A stretch of 64,000 nucleotides of DNA from an uncultured Gammaproteobacteria bacterium (GTDB taxonomy: Bacteria; Patescibacteriota; Microgenomatia; Levybacterales; UBA12049), in the NCBI GenBank assembly GCA_965230895.1, contig OZ246394.1, forward strand, positions 185,316 through 249,315. Reading direction: 5' to 3'. The notes beneath the pieces were generated by a model that saw only the letters and a program-made list of their open reading frames with translations, was not told the DNA's origin and did no database searches. The stretch's first letter is position 1. The number at the start of each line of letters is the position of its first letter. This document shows, piece by piece, positions 49,680-58,392 of this stretch. The position numbers and the translations under genes are program-made.

Positions 49680-50378
49680 TTATTTTTCTTCGAGGAGGTC
49701 GGGGCGGTGCTTTTTGGTTTTTTCTAGGGCTTTTTCGTGGCGCCAGTCAGCTATCTTTTTGTGATCTCCCTGCAGGAGAACTTCTGGGACGTCTTGTCCG
49801 TCGTATGATCGTGGCTTTGTGTAGTGAGGGTATTCGAGGAGTGCACCATCTGGTTGCGAAAATGATTCATCATCGGTTGCACCGTCTGTGATGACCCCAG
49901 GGATAAGTCTGATGATACTGTCTGCGATAAGCATGGCTGGGATTTCTCCTCCGGTCAGGACGAAGTCTCCGATTGAAACTTCCCCATCGACATATTTCAT
50001 GATTCGATCATCAAATCCTTCATAATGTCCGCAGATGATGATGAGATGATCAAGCTGAGAATATGCCTTGGCATGAGTTTGCTTATACGTCTCGCCCCCT
50101 GCCGCTGTCAAAAGAATTTTCCGTTTTACTTCCCCTTCGCCATTGAAATTTGCCTTCGCCTTCTCAATCGCAGCATGCACGACATCGACTTTAAGCACCA
50201 TCCCAATTCCCCCACCATATGGTGTATCATCAACCATCTGATGCGACCCAATCCCGAAGTCCCTGATATCCAAAAGCTCAATCTCCACAAGCCCCTTCTC
50301 CTGCCCCCGCTTGACAATAGATTCAGTAAAAGGCCCAACGAACATTTCAGGAAACAAAGTAAGAATGCTTATTTTCAT
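49680..50378 (-). CDS. trmD: tRNA (guanine37-N1)-methyltransferase
   Basis: MKISILTLFPEMF... and GGGIGMVL SPOUT-knot motifs. Confidence 0.9.
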   Translation of the reverse strand: MKISILTLFPEMFVGPFTESIVKRGQEKGLVEIELLDIRDFGIGSHQMVDDTPYGGGIGMVLKVDVVHAAIEKAKANFNGEGEVKRKILLTAAGGETYKQTHAKAYSQLDHLIIICGHYEGFDDRIMKYVDGEVSIGDFVLTGGEIPAMLIADSIIRLIPGVITDGATDDESFSQPDGALLEYPHYTKPRSYDGQDVPEVLLQGDHKKIADWRHEKALEKTKKHRPDLLEEK

Positions 50379-50465
50379 AGGAGTATTATAGCAAAAGTAC
50401 TTAAAGCAAAAATATACTTTAAATGCGAATGTATTTTAGATAGATTAAGATTAATTATTTAATGA

Positions 50466-52805
50466 ATGTCAGTTATAATACATTTAATAATGATTAAAAA
50501 GATTTTAAAAATTCGTAATGTGGGACTTTTGAGAGATGCCATATCTAAAACTGGTATTGGACTTACTCCGTTTACCATGATCTATGCAGAGAATGGCATT
50601 GGTAAATCAACGTTAGCAATGATAATTCGTTCTATTGGTAACAAAGAAAGTACAAATATCATCTCTAAAAAAACGATTGATTCTGAGCATGAGCCATACA
50701 TAGAAATACTAACTCAAGATGGCAAAACTATTCATACTCATAAATTTGAGAATAGTCAATGGAGTAATCAAAATAAAACCCCTGTTGAAGTTTTTGACTC
50801 TGAATTTGTAGAGAAGAATATTTATTCAGGAAGCATTATATCCGCCGAACACAGACAATCTTTACTTGAATTTGCCTTAGGTGACCAAACAGTTGAACAT
50901 AAACACAAAGTAGATGAATTAACCAGACAATATGATGAAGAAAGCAAAAACCTTACAACATTAGCAAGAGCAATTAAAGGTTTATCTCAGCAGTTGTCTT
51001 TAGAATTATTTATTGCTCTCCCAGAGGTTCCTAAAGATTATGAGGATAAAGTAAAAGAATTAGAGTCGAGTATAACCGCATTACGCAATATTAATCAAAT
51101 AAATGGCCGGCCAAAGCTATCAATAATTGACAAAGTTAATATTGATCTAACAAGTATAGAAAACTTACTCTCTAAACAACTAAAAGATGTCGAGTCTTCA
51201 GCTGAAGAAATCGTTACTAAACATTTTAAAAATCATGATAGAAAAATTGAAGAATGGGTAAATGAAGGTCAGATTTTATTGAAGGATTCAACTTGTCCAT
51301 TCTGTGGTAGCAATACTGAGAATCTTGAAATAATCTCTGCATATAAAACCTATTTTAATCAAAACTATAACGCTTTAAAAAAATCTATTAAAGATACTCA
51401 AGATGATGTAAACAAAGTACTCTCGGAAGGCTCTTTAAACTCTGTTACTAGTTCTATATCGATGAATGATGAACGAATCAAGAGCTGGGAAAGTGAATTA
51501 GGCTTTGAGTTAATTCCTTTTGATAGTGCAAAGTTTAAAGTGATTTTTAGAGAACTTAGATCACTCATACAGATTCAATTATTGAGTAAAGGTAATAAAC
51601 CACTTGAAGCTATAGATTTAGAGTCTAGCGACTGTAAAGTTAGTGAAAAATGGAACGAAATAAATAAGCTGATAACTGAATATAACGATTCTATTTCTAC
51701 TTATAATGAAGCTATTGATGCTTATAAAAGTAAACTAAAACCAAATGATATATCTAAGTTTCAAATAGACCTTAGTCGATTAAGGTTAACTAAGGTCAAA
51801 AACTCAAAAGATGTTTTGACTTTAATTTCACAATACTCGATTTCAAAGCAAAAGGTTGATGCTCTAGTTCAGTTGAAGAAAGAATTAAGAGCCGAAATAG
51901 ATAAAGAAATGGAAAGTACTTTAAGTATTTATCAATCAGAGATTAATAATACATTGAAATCTCTTAATGCGAATTTTTCGATAGAAAAACTAAAACACAC
52001 TTATCAAGGTACAGGTGAACCTAGATCTGAATATATACTTAAGTTAAGAAATTATGAGGTATCTTTAGTCACAAGAGATCCTAAATACCCATCATTCTCA
52101 AGTACTCTTAGCGAAGCGGACAAAAGAACATTGGCATTAGCTTTTTTTGCTGCAAGATTAAAACAAGATAAAAAGTTATCAAGTAAGATAATTGTTTTTG
52201 ATGATCCTATGTCCAGCCTAGATAGAAATCGACGTGACAAAACTTTAAGACTAATATGTGAACTGTCTGCAACAGCTATTCAAACTATTTTACTTTCTCA
52301 CGACGCGTATTTCTTAAGAGATGTTAAAAATCATGCAGAAAGAATAAAATTGCATACTGGCATGATTCACCTTTACGAAATTCGACGAGGGCTACAAGAT
52401 TATTCTGTACTTGAAAATTGTGATTTAGAGGGACTTTGTGCTTCTCCTTATTACAGACATCATGCTAACGTAAGTAAATTTGTTCAAGGTGATAGATCCG
52501 TACGCATTGAATCTGTTGCACAATCTATTCGGCCATTACTCGAAGGTTATTATCATAGACGCTTCCCTGGATTAATCTCTAAACAAATGATGTTTGGAAA
52601 TATAATTAAAATTATTTCTGAATCTACACCTCCTAGTCCTTTAGTTCATCTGCATGCAAACATAGAATCTCTGTCTGAAGTAAATGATTATGTAACTCAA
52701 TTTCATCACAATGATGGTGAATCAAATGAAACAATCGTATATAATGAAACAGAAATATTAGGTTATGCAAAAACTGCAATAGAACTAATTGAGAAACATG
52801 GATAG
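50466..52805 (+). CDS. RloC/PrrC-like AAA_13 (ABC-type) ATPase with coiled-coil and CxxC zinc-hook; candidate anticodon-nuclease-type defence protein
   Basis: N-terminus IKKILKIRNVGLL...FTMIYAENGIGKSTLA (PrrC/RloC-type head + Walker A), a central K/E-rich coiled coil containing CPFCGS, Walker B / D-loop IIVFDDPMSSLD, H-loop LLSHD, and a ~190-aa C-terminal domain. Much lower GC than flanks. An alternative start lies at 50490. Confidence 0.55.
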   Translation: MSVIIHLIMIKKILKIRNVGLLRDAISKTGIGLTPFTMIYAENGIGKSTLAMIIRSIGNKESTNIISKKTIDSEHEPYIEILTQDGKTIHTHKFENSQWSNQNKTPVEVFDSEFVEKNIYSGSIISAEHRQSLLEFALGDQTVEHKHKVDELTRQYDEESKNLTTLARAIKGLSQQLSLELFIALPEVPKDYEDKVKELESSITALRNINQINGRPKLSIIDKVNIDLTSIENLLSKQLKDVESSAEEIVTKHFKNHDRKIEEWVNEGQILLKDSTCPFCGSNTENLEIISAYKTYFNQNYNALKKSIKDTQDDVNKVLSEGSLNSVTSSISMNDERIKSWESELGFELIPFDSAKFKVIFRELRSLIQIQLLSKGNKPLEAIDLESSDCKVSEKWNEINKLITEYNDSISTYNEAIDAYKSKLKPNDISKFQIDLSRLRLTKVKNSKDVLTLISQYSISKQKVDALVQLKKELRAEIDKEMESTLSIYQSEINNTLKSLNANFSIEKLKHTYQGTGEPRSEYILKLRNYEVSLVTRDPKYPSFSSTLSEADKRTLALAFFAARLKQDKKLSSKIIVFDDPMSSLDRNRRDKTLRLICELSATAIQTILLSHDAYFLRDVKNHAERIKLHTGMIHLYEIRRGLQDYSVLENCDLEGLCASPYYRHHANVSKFVQGDRSVRIESVAQSIRPLLEGYYHRRFPGLISKQMMFGNIIKIISESTPPSPLVHLHANIESLSEVNDYVTQFHHNDGESNETIVYNETEILGYAKTAIELIEKHG

Positions 52806-52829
52806 TAGACTTAAAAGTTAATTTTATGG

Positions 52830-52850
52830 ATCCTGAAACGAGTTCAGGAT
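52830..52850. repeat. member B of the hairpin-repeat family (ATCCTGAA-acgag-TTCAGGAT)
   Basis: Perfect 8-bp stem, 25 nt after the RloC-like stop, between convergent genes. Confidence 0.5.
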
Positions 52851-52861
52851 GACATATGGAT

Positions 52862-53104
52862 TTATTCCTTATCCAATTCAGCGAGGGAGATTTTGATTCT
52901 TTGGTTGTATTTCATCGCTTTGATCTTCATGATGTTGCGGATACTTCGGATAACTTTACCTTCTTTACCGATAACCTTACCCATATCTTCAGGAGCTACA
53001 GTCAAAGTGTAAAGGTGGATTCCGTCTTCTTCGCGTTCTTCGATTTGAACTGCGTCAGGATTATCGACGATAGATGAAACGATAAAGTGGAGTGTTTCTT
53101 GCAT
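52862..53104 (-). CDS. KH-domain RNA-binding protein (YlqC/UPF0109-like)
   Basis: ...MGKVIGKEGKVIRSIRNI GxxG KH motif; start taken at MQETLHF. Confidence 0.7.
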   Translation of the reverse strand: MQETLHFIVSSIVDNPDAVQIEEREEDGIHLYTLTVAPEDMGKVIGKEGKVIRSIRNIMKIKAMKYNQRIKISLAELDKE

Positions 53105-53109
53105 GTTTA

Positions 53110-53337
53110 TTATTTCGTTAACGCTTGAACCGTTGCTGAAGGTTGTGCACCTTGACTCAACCAATAGTTGTAACGTTCCATGTTAACCTTCTTTTTACTA
53201 TGATCAGTTGATTTTTCATACCAACCAAGCATGTCGATGAAACCGCCATCTCGGCGACTTCGCTTTTCTTTAACAACAATTCGGAACTTACGTTCGCCCT
53301 TCTTGCCTGTTCGTGTTAATCGTATTACTAATGCCAT
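53110..53337 (-). CDS. rpsP: 30S ribosomal protein S16
   Basis: MALVIRLTRTGKKGERKFRIVV...; start taken at MALVI inside ORF 53110..53379. Confidence 0.9.
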   Translation of the reverse strand: MALVIRLTRTGKKGERKFRIVVKEKRSRRDGGFIDMLGWYEKSTDHSKKKVNMERYNYWLSQGAQPSATVQALTK

Positions 53338-53345
53338 AATTAAAT

Positions 53346-53428
53346 TGAGAGTTGCGAATGAAGAGTTGGGAGTTATCAAGAACTATTAAATATAATTCTC
53401 AATTTCTTAACTATCAATTCTCAACTAC
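53346..53428. repeat. array of 7-bp GAGTTGA-type repeats (direct + inverted copies) in the rnc-rpsP intergenic region
   Basis: GAGTTGC GAATGAA GAGTTGG GAGTTAT ... followed by inverted copies TTCTCAA TTTCTTA ACTATCA ATTCTCA; related arrays at 43086-43103, 44091-44118 and 44620-44656. Confidence 0.5.
53389..53417 (-). promoter_or_regulatory. candidate sigma70-type promoter for rpsP (TTGATA-N17-TATATT on the minus strand)
   Basis: Hexamers built from the heptamer repeats, ~45-75 nt upstream of the rpsP start; by inspection only. Confidence 0.3.
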
Positions 53429-53440
53429 GCTATTGTACCA

Positions 53441-54127
53441 TTATTTGGCTATCTTCTCAAGAGCCTGTTCTGCAGCAGCTTCTTCTGCTGCTTGCTTTGA
53501 CTTCCCTGTGCCTTCACCTTTCAAATCATTGCCTACATAGACACCGATTGTGAATATCTTCGCGTGCGCTGGACCTTCTTCATGGAGGACTTTATAAACT
53601 GGTGAATTCTGTTTCTTGGATTGGACATATTCCTGCAAAAGACTCTTTGGGTCTTTGAACACTTTTTTCTCAACAAAGACCGCGATGTGTGGGATCAAAA
53701 CGACGTTTAAGAAATCTTTTACTGCATCGATGCCCTGATCCATGAAGAGCGCTCCGATGACAGCTTCAAAGGTATTTGCCAGGATTGATTCGTTCTCTCG
53801 CCCTCGTGAATCTTCCTCCCCTTTTGAAAGCTGCAAATGATCTCCAAAATGCAATTCGCGAGCTGTCTTTGCAAGACTTTTTGTATTGACCACAAGTGAT
53901 CGAAGATTGGTCAGGATTCCTTCATCAAATTGTGGATAGGTCTTGTACAAATGCTCTGAAACGACGAATGATAAGATACTGTCTCCAAGGAACTCAAGTC
54001 GTTCGTTGGATTCGACAGTTTCTTTTGCTTCGTTCAAATATGAGCGATGGATAAATGCATGCTTAAGCAATTGTTCGTTTTTAAATGTTGGTAGATTATT
54101 CATAATTTGTTTCTCCTTATCTGTCAT
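53441..54127 (-). CDS. rnc: ribonuclease III
   Basis: ERLEFLGDSIL signature and a C-terminal dsRBD. Confidence 0.9.
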   Translation of the reverse strand: MTDKEKQIMNNLPTFKNEQLLKHAFIHRSYLNEAKETVESNERLEFLGDSILSFVVSEHLYKTYPQFDEGILTNLRSLVVNTKSLAKTARELHFGDHLQLSKGEEDSRGRENESILANTFEAVIGALFMDQGIDAVKDFLNVVLIPHIAVFVEKKVFKDPKSLLQEYVQSKKQNSPVYKVLHEEGPAHAKIFTIGVYVGNDLKGEGTGKSKQAAEEAAAEQALEKIAK

Positions 54128-54146
54128 GCTGAATTTATTTCAGCAT
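54126..54146. repeat. variant hairpin ATGCTGAA-tttat-TTCAGCAT overlapping the rnc start codon
   Basis: Same stem as the ATCCTGAA family with a C:G to G:C swap. Confidence 0.4.
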
Positions 54147-54172
54147 CCCCAATTAAAAGCTGTTAGTATGGG

Positions 54173-54193
54173 ATCCTGAATCGAGTTCAGGAT
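54173..54193. repeat. member C of the hairpin-repeat family (ATCCTGAA-tcgag-TTCAGGAT)
   Basis: Between the nusB stop and the rnc start. Confidence 0.5.
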
Positions 54194-54204
54194 GACACAC
54201 TCTT

Positions 54205-54558
54205 TTATTTCTTTCCTTTAATAATATTCCCTAAAACCCCATTGATAAAGGATGGGCTGGTTTCATTGGCAAATTCCTTTGCTAATTCCACTGCTTCATC
54301 TATTATGACATTTTGTGGAGCATTTTTGTCTATGAGTAATTCATAGATAGCAAGCCGTAAGATCGCCAAATCAACCTTATTGATCTTTTTGACAGGAAAA
54401 TCCGGTGCAGCTTCCTGGATCTTTGTATCAAGAAATTCTATCTGAGAAACAATAGCTTTCGCTTCTGGACTTACTTCTTGCGTGTGAAATTGCGTACTGA
54501 AAAGCTCTTGGACAAGATGTTGTCTACGTTTGTGTCTAGGATCCTGTGAAGTCTTCAT
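54205..54558 (-). CDS. nusB: transcription antitermination factor NusB
   Basis: 117 aa; ...LAILRLAIYELL... NusB helix pattern. Confidence 0.8.
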   Translation of the reverse strand: MKTSQDPRHKRRQHLVQELFSTQFHTQEVSPEAKAIVSQIEFLDTKIQEAAPDFPVKKINKVDLAILRLAIYELLIDKNAPQNVIIDEAVELAKEFANETSPSFINGVLGNIIKGKK

Positions 54559-54632
54559 TTGGTACGAATTCTGCGGCTCTTATTCGTACTCATTTGTATG
54601 GAGATTGTCGAAGCAATCGTACATGCGAATTA

Positions 54633-54839
54633 TTACGAATTTGCTGCTGCTGTCTTTGGCTGCTTAACCTTGAGCACTTGTTGTCCCTTATAGAAACCAC
54701 ATACTTCACAAACTGTGTGTGAAATTTGTGGAGCACCACAATTTGGGCAAACAACTGCTTGGTTTACTTCTAAATGAATAGCATTTCGTCTTTTTCCTTG
54801 ACGTGCTCGTGAATGTCTTTTCTTTGGTTCGTGTGCCAT
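54633..54839 (-). CDS. rpmF: 50S ribosomal protein L32
   Basis: MAHEPKKRHSRARQGKRR... plus a CPNCG...CEVCG zinc ribbon. Confidence 0.85.
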   Translation of the reverse strand: MAHEPKKRHSRARQGKRRNAIHLEVNQAVVCPNCGAPQISHTVCEVCGFYKGQQVLKVKQPKTAAANS

Positions 54840-54915
54840 GGATGTATTTTACCTCATTTAGGCTTAGCTTGCAAGAACCCATTGTCTTTTTGAGAAAAAC
54901 GATTAGTATTAGGCT

Positions 54916-55284
54916 ATGCAATCATATATTTTTATCGCAGGTGGAATGGGAATTACGCCTTTTCGGAGTATTATTCAAGATCTTGTAGACAAGAAAAAAG
55001 ATGTTTCGATACTATTATTTTATCAAGCGAAACCTGATGAAGTTTTGTTTCGCGAGGCTTTGGAGACAGCTGAGAAAGAGATTGGATTACAGACTATTTA
55101 TATAACCGAAGGAAAATTCAGTGAAGAACTCTTGAAGAATCATGCTCCAGATTTTAAAGAAAAGATATTTTACATTTCCGGGCCGCAAGAAATGGTTGAG
55201 AACTACCGCACAATGATCGAAAGCTTAGGTGTTCCCTTTGAAAGAATCAAAACAGACCTCTTTACGGGGTACGATGCAAGTTGA
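54916..55284 (+). CDS. FNR-like NAD(P)-binding domain only (truncated oxidoreductase or gene remnant)
   Basis: Starts directly with the IFIAGGMGITPFRS nucleotide-binding motif, later YISGP; no FAD-binding domain is encoded upstream. Confidence 0.4.
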   Translation: MQSYIFIAGGMGITPFRSIIQDLVDKKKDVSILLFYQAKPDEVLFREALETAEKEIGLQTIYITEGKFSEELLKNHAPDFKEKIFYISGPQEMVENYRTMIESLGVPFERIKTDLFTGYDAS

Positions 55285-55580
55285 CAGATTTACAGAAAAA
55301 GGTTTACACTAAGGGTGTAATGGAAGCTCCGCAGCAAGTTAATCAACCAATAAATACTCCACAACAAGATCCATACATTGTTCCTCCACCAGCACCGAAT
55401 AAAAGTAGAACTACTCGAAAACCACTTACCAATACATTAATTATTGCTGCTGTTATATTAGTGGGTGGATTTATGGCATACAATTATGTTGGGAATTCGT
55501 TGACACAACTTGCAGGAGATTCATATACAGCTTCTCCTACTCCTACCCTCTCTCCAACTCCAACGGAAGCTTTCCGTTGA
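55281..55580 (+). CDS. small membrane-anchored protein (P/T-rich tail)
   Basis: One TM helix; ATGA overlap with the previous ORF. Confidence 0.35.
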   Translation: MTDLQKKVYTKGVMEAPQQVNQPINTPQQDPYIVPPPAPNKSRTTRKPLTNTLIIAAVILVGGFMAYNYVGNSLTQLAGDSYTASPTPTLSPTPTEAFR

Positions 55581-55914
55581 AAATAATCATCTACCCTTTA
55601 AAATTATTTCTTTTTTTCCAGTTGGGATTTTGTCCGAGTTTGTCTGCCACCTTTTGAACCAACTTCTTTGGAAGATTCAAGCGGTTTTGTGCTGTAAAAA
55701 TGATAAACTGTCAAAAAAGTATTCAGATATTTATAATGCTGCCTGTGTAACATTGCAAGATTCACCTCCTTCCTCGAATACGTCACGCCTTAAATGCGTA
55801 TTCTGTTGACTAGAGCTTCCTCAATATAATAAATTTGTGGCTAAATAGCTTGACAACCAAACATCCCATAACCTGACATAAACCTAACAAAATGTAAGAA
55901 AAAAGAGGTGATTC

Positions 55915-57954
55915 TTAATCAGGTGAAATAGTTTCATCGAAGGTATCTTGAAGCTTCTCTTGTAGAGTCGAATAGTCTGACAAATGTGGGAAAACCTCAT
56001 CAGCAGCATGTTTTGCTTTTTGGATTAGTACAGCATCGGAAAATGATGCAGCTTTCAGTTTTGGAACACCATGCTGAGCAGTCCCATAGAGATTTCCTGC
56101 GCCACGAAGTTTTAAGTCCAATTCCGAAAGTTCTGCTCCGGAATAAATCGTTTCCATAGCTTTGAGTCTGAGGCTTGTTTGGTCACTTTTGCTTTCAGTG
56201 AAGAGAAGACAATAGGATTGCTTATCTCCTCGACCGACACGACCTCTCAACTGGTGCAATTGCGCCAGTCCAAACCGTTCTGAAGCTTCAATCATGATGA
56301 CTGTAGCATTTGGGATATCGATACCGACTTCAACAACTGGTGTCGCAACGAGGATGTCATATTTCTTTTCTCGGAAATCATTGAGGACTGCTTCTTTTTC
56401 TTTCGCTTTCAACTTCCCGTGCAACAAAGCCAATCGAAGATCAGGGTAGACCTCTTTGCTCAAGCGTTCGTACTCTTGTGCAACTGCTTTGACTGTCGTC
56501 ATTGATTCAGAGGGCTCGATGAATGGGCACACGATAAAGACTTGAGAATTGGTTTCCTCAACCTGTTTCCTGATCCAATCATATGCGCCATCTCTTTTCT
56601 CAGGCGGTACAAGCCATGTCTTTACTCTTTTGCGTCCGTGAGGCATTTCATTCAAGTATGATAAATCCAAATCTCCATACATTGTAAGCGCAACAGTTCG
56701 AGGAATTGGAGTTGCGGTCATCGTCAAAAGATGGGGGTTATCTCCTTTTTCCCTGATTAATCCTCGTTGCGCTACACCAAACCGTTGCTGTTCGTCGATG
56801 CAGACAAGCCCAAGCTTGTTGAATGTAATCTTCTCGGAAAGCACTGCATGGGTTCCGACAAGTACATCAAGATTTACATCATCTCGAATTGTTTTCTTGC
56901 TTCCAGTAGCGAGTTCCACCGTAACACCAAGTGGTTCAAGCAAGCGTTTGATTCCTTCATAATGTTGTGTCGCAAGGATTTCTGTCGGTGCCATGAGGAC
57001 AGATTGATATCCATTGAGATACGCTGCGTACATACTGATCGCTGCGACGATTGTCTTTCCACTTCCTACATCTCCTTGCAGAAGTCTGTTCATCGGTTTG
57101 TCTTTCTGCATATCATCAAAGATGTTATTGATAGCAATTTGTTGCGCTTTGGTCAAAGTAAATGGCAGTGTGCCGATGCAATTGGCGATTTCTTTTTCGA
57201 ACTTTGTAATTTCCATCGGCAATCCTTTTTGCTTGTCTTTCCAATCTGATCGACGCTTATTACTCTTTAACTGCATGAAGAAAAGCTCATCAAACGCCAA
57301 ACGTTCTCGTGCTTTTTCTGCAGATTCAAGACTTTTCGGATAATGGATCTCTTGAATTGCTTCCGGAAATGGCAAAAAACCATATTTCTTCACAAGATCT
57401 TCTGGCATATATTCTTTGATGAGATCTTTGTGCTCAGTCAACAGACTATGGATTTGTCGCCTGAGCCACTTGGATGTAACGCCCTGAGTCTCTGGATAAA
57501 CCGGAACCAATCGACCAGTGTGAATCCCATTTCCGTCATATGAAAGTACTTCATATTGTGGTGCCTGGATGGTGAGCTTGTTGCTTCGTCCAAATGTATT
57601 AACTCTTCCCGAAACTGAAAGAAGCGCATTTGGCAGAATTGCTTTGGTCAGGAATGGCTGATTAAACCACGTCAATTCAATTGTCCCTGTGCCATCCGCG
57701 ATGAGCGCCTTTTGCATGTTCTTAATTCTTGAACCGCGCATGTAATTGGTTTTCATCTCAAGCACTTGTCCTTGGATTGTTACTGTTTCTCCGAGTCGAA
57801 CATCTGCAATTTTGGAAACAACGGAATAATCTTCGTAGCGGTTTGGTAGATGTAAAAGGAAATCCATATAGGTATGAATTTCAAGTTTTTCGAGCCTTGA
57901 AGCATACATTTTGAGGGAACGATTTCCAGAAGTGATTGGAGCATCGAGTTTCAT
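55915..57954 (-). CDS. recG: ATP-dependent DNA helicase RecG
   Basis: Wedge domain followed by SF2 helicase motifs (GDVGSGKT, DEQQRFG, TATPIPRT). Confidence 0.9.
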   Translation of the reverse strand: MKLDAPITSGNRSLKMYASRLEKLEIHTYMDFLLHLPNRYEDYSVVSKIADVRLGETVTIQGQVLEMKTNYMRGSRIKNMQKALIADGTGTIELTWFNQPFLTKAILPNALLSVSGRVNTFGRSNKLTIQAPQYEVLSYDGNGIHTGRLVPVYPETQGVTSKWLRRQIHSLLTEHKDLIKEYMPEDLVKKYGFLPFPEAIQEIHYPKSLESAEKARERLAFDELFFMQLKSNKRRSDWKDKQKGLPMEITKFEKEIANCIGTLPFTLTKAQQIAINNIFDDMQKDKPMNRLLQGDVGSGKTIVAAISMYAAYLNGYQSVLMAPTEILATQHYEGIKRLLEPLGVTVELATGSKKTIRDDVNLDVLVGTHAVLSEKITFNKLGLVCIDEQQRFGVAQRGLIREKGDNPHLLTMTATPIPRTVALTMYGDLDLSYLNEMPHGRKRVKTWLVPPEKRDGAYDWIRKQVEETNSQVFIVCPFIEPSESMTTVKAVAQEYERLSKEVYPDLRLALLHGKLKAKEKEAVLNDFREKKYDILVATPVVEVGIDIPNATVIMIEASERFGLAQLHQLRGRVGRGDKQSYCLLFTESKSDQTSLRLKAMETIYSGAELSELDLKLRGAGNLYGTAQHGVPKLKAASFSDAVLIQKAKHAADEVFPHLSDYSTLQEKLQDTFDETISPD

Positions 57955-57981
57955 ACTTCCAGATTATACACCTCTTTACTT

Positions 57982-58130
57982 CTACTTTGGCCGCAAAGTA
58001 GCAAACTCTTTTGCAAATGATAGTCGGGTTAAAATTACTGCGTTCTCTTACCGGGGGACTGTCCACCCCCTTCAGCAATTCGCTGGATTCCCCCTGGACG
58101 TTCACTCCGTAATTTCTTAACACTCTTTGT
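57982..58130. ncRNA. candidate structured RNA / structured repeat element, copy 2
   Basis: See copy 1 (48927..49078); lies in the gap between the Ltp-like gene end and the recG start. Confidence 0.45.
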
Positions 58131-58392
58131 ATCAATTGCAAAATAGGAGTGAATGTAATATTGTCGATTCTTTAATAGTAGTTTCTCACCGACTGTAGGA
58201 AGTATCTAAGAGGTTTTATAGAAGGGCGAGGTATGGGAGGAATGATGTGATGATAAGGGCAAGTGCTGCCACGATGACGATCACTTTCCAAAAGACTTTA
58301 TTTTTATCAAACATTTCCATAGGTTTATTATAAATGATTTTTATTTTTCAATAAAGGGGTGAGCTTCCTATCATGTAGCTCTTTCGTGTAGG

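Noticed and set aside
49680-52805. Functional linkage between trmD and the RloC-like gene (tRNA modification versus tRNA cleavage)
   Set aside because: They are on opposite strands with a divergent promoter region; trmD is here because of the conserved ribosomal operon, so the adjacency is most simply explained by insertion-site chance.
55780-55830. TTGACT...TATAAT promoter-like hexamers downstream of recG on the plus strand
   Set aside because: The spacer is only ~13 nt and there is no downstream plus-strand gene; likely a chance match in AT-rich DNA.
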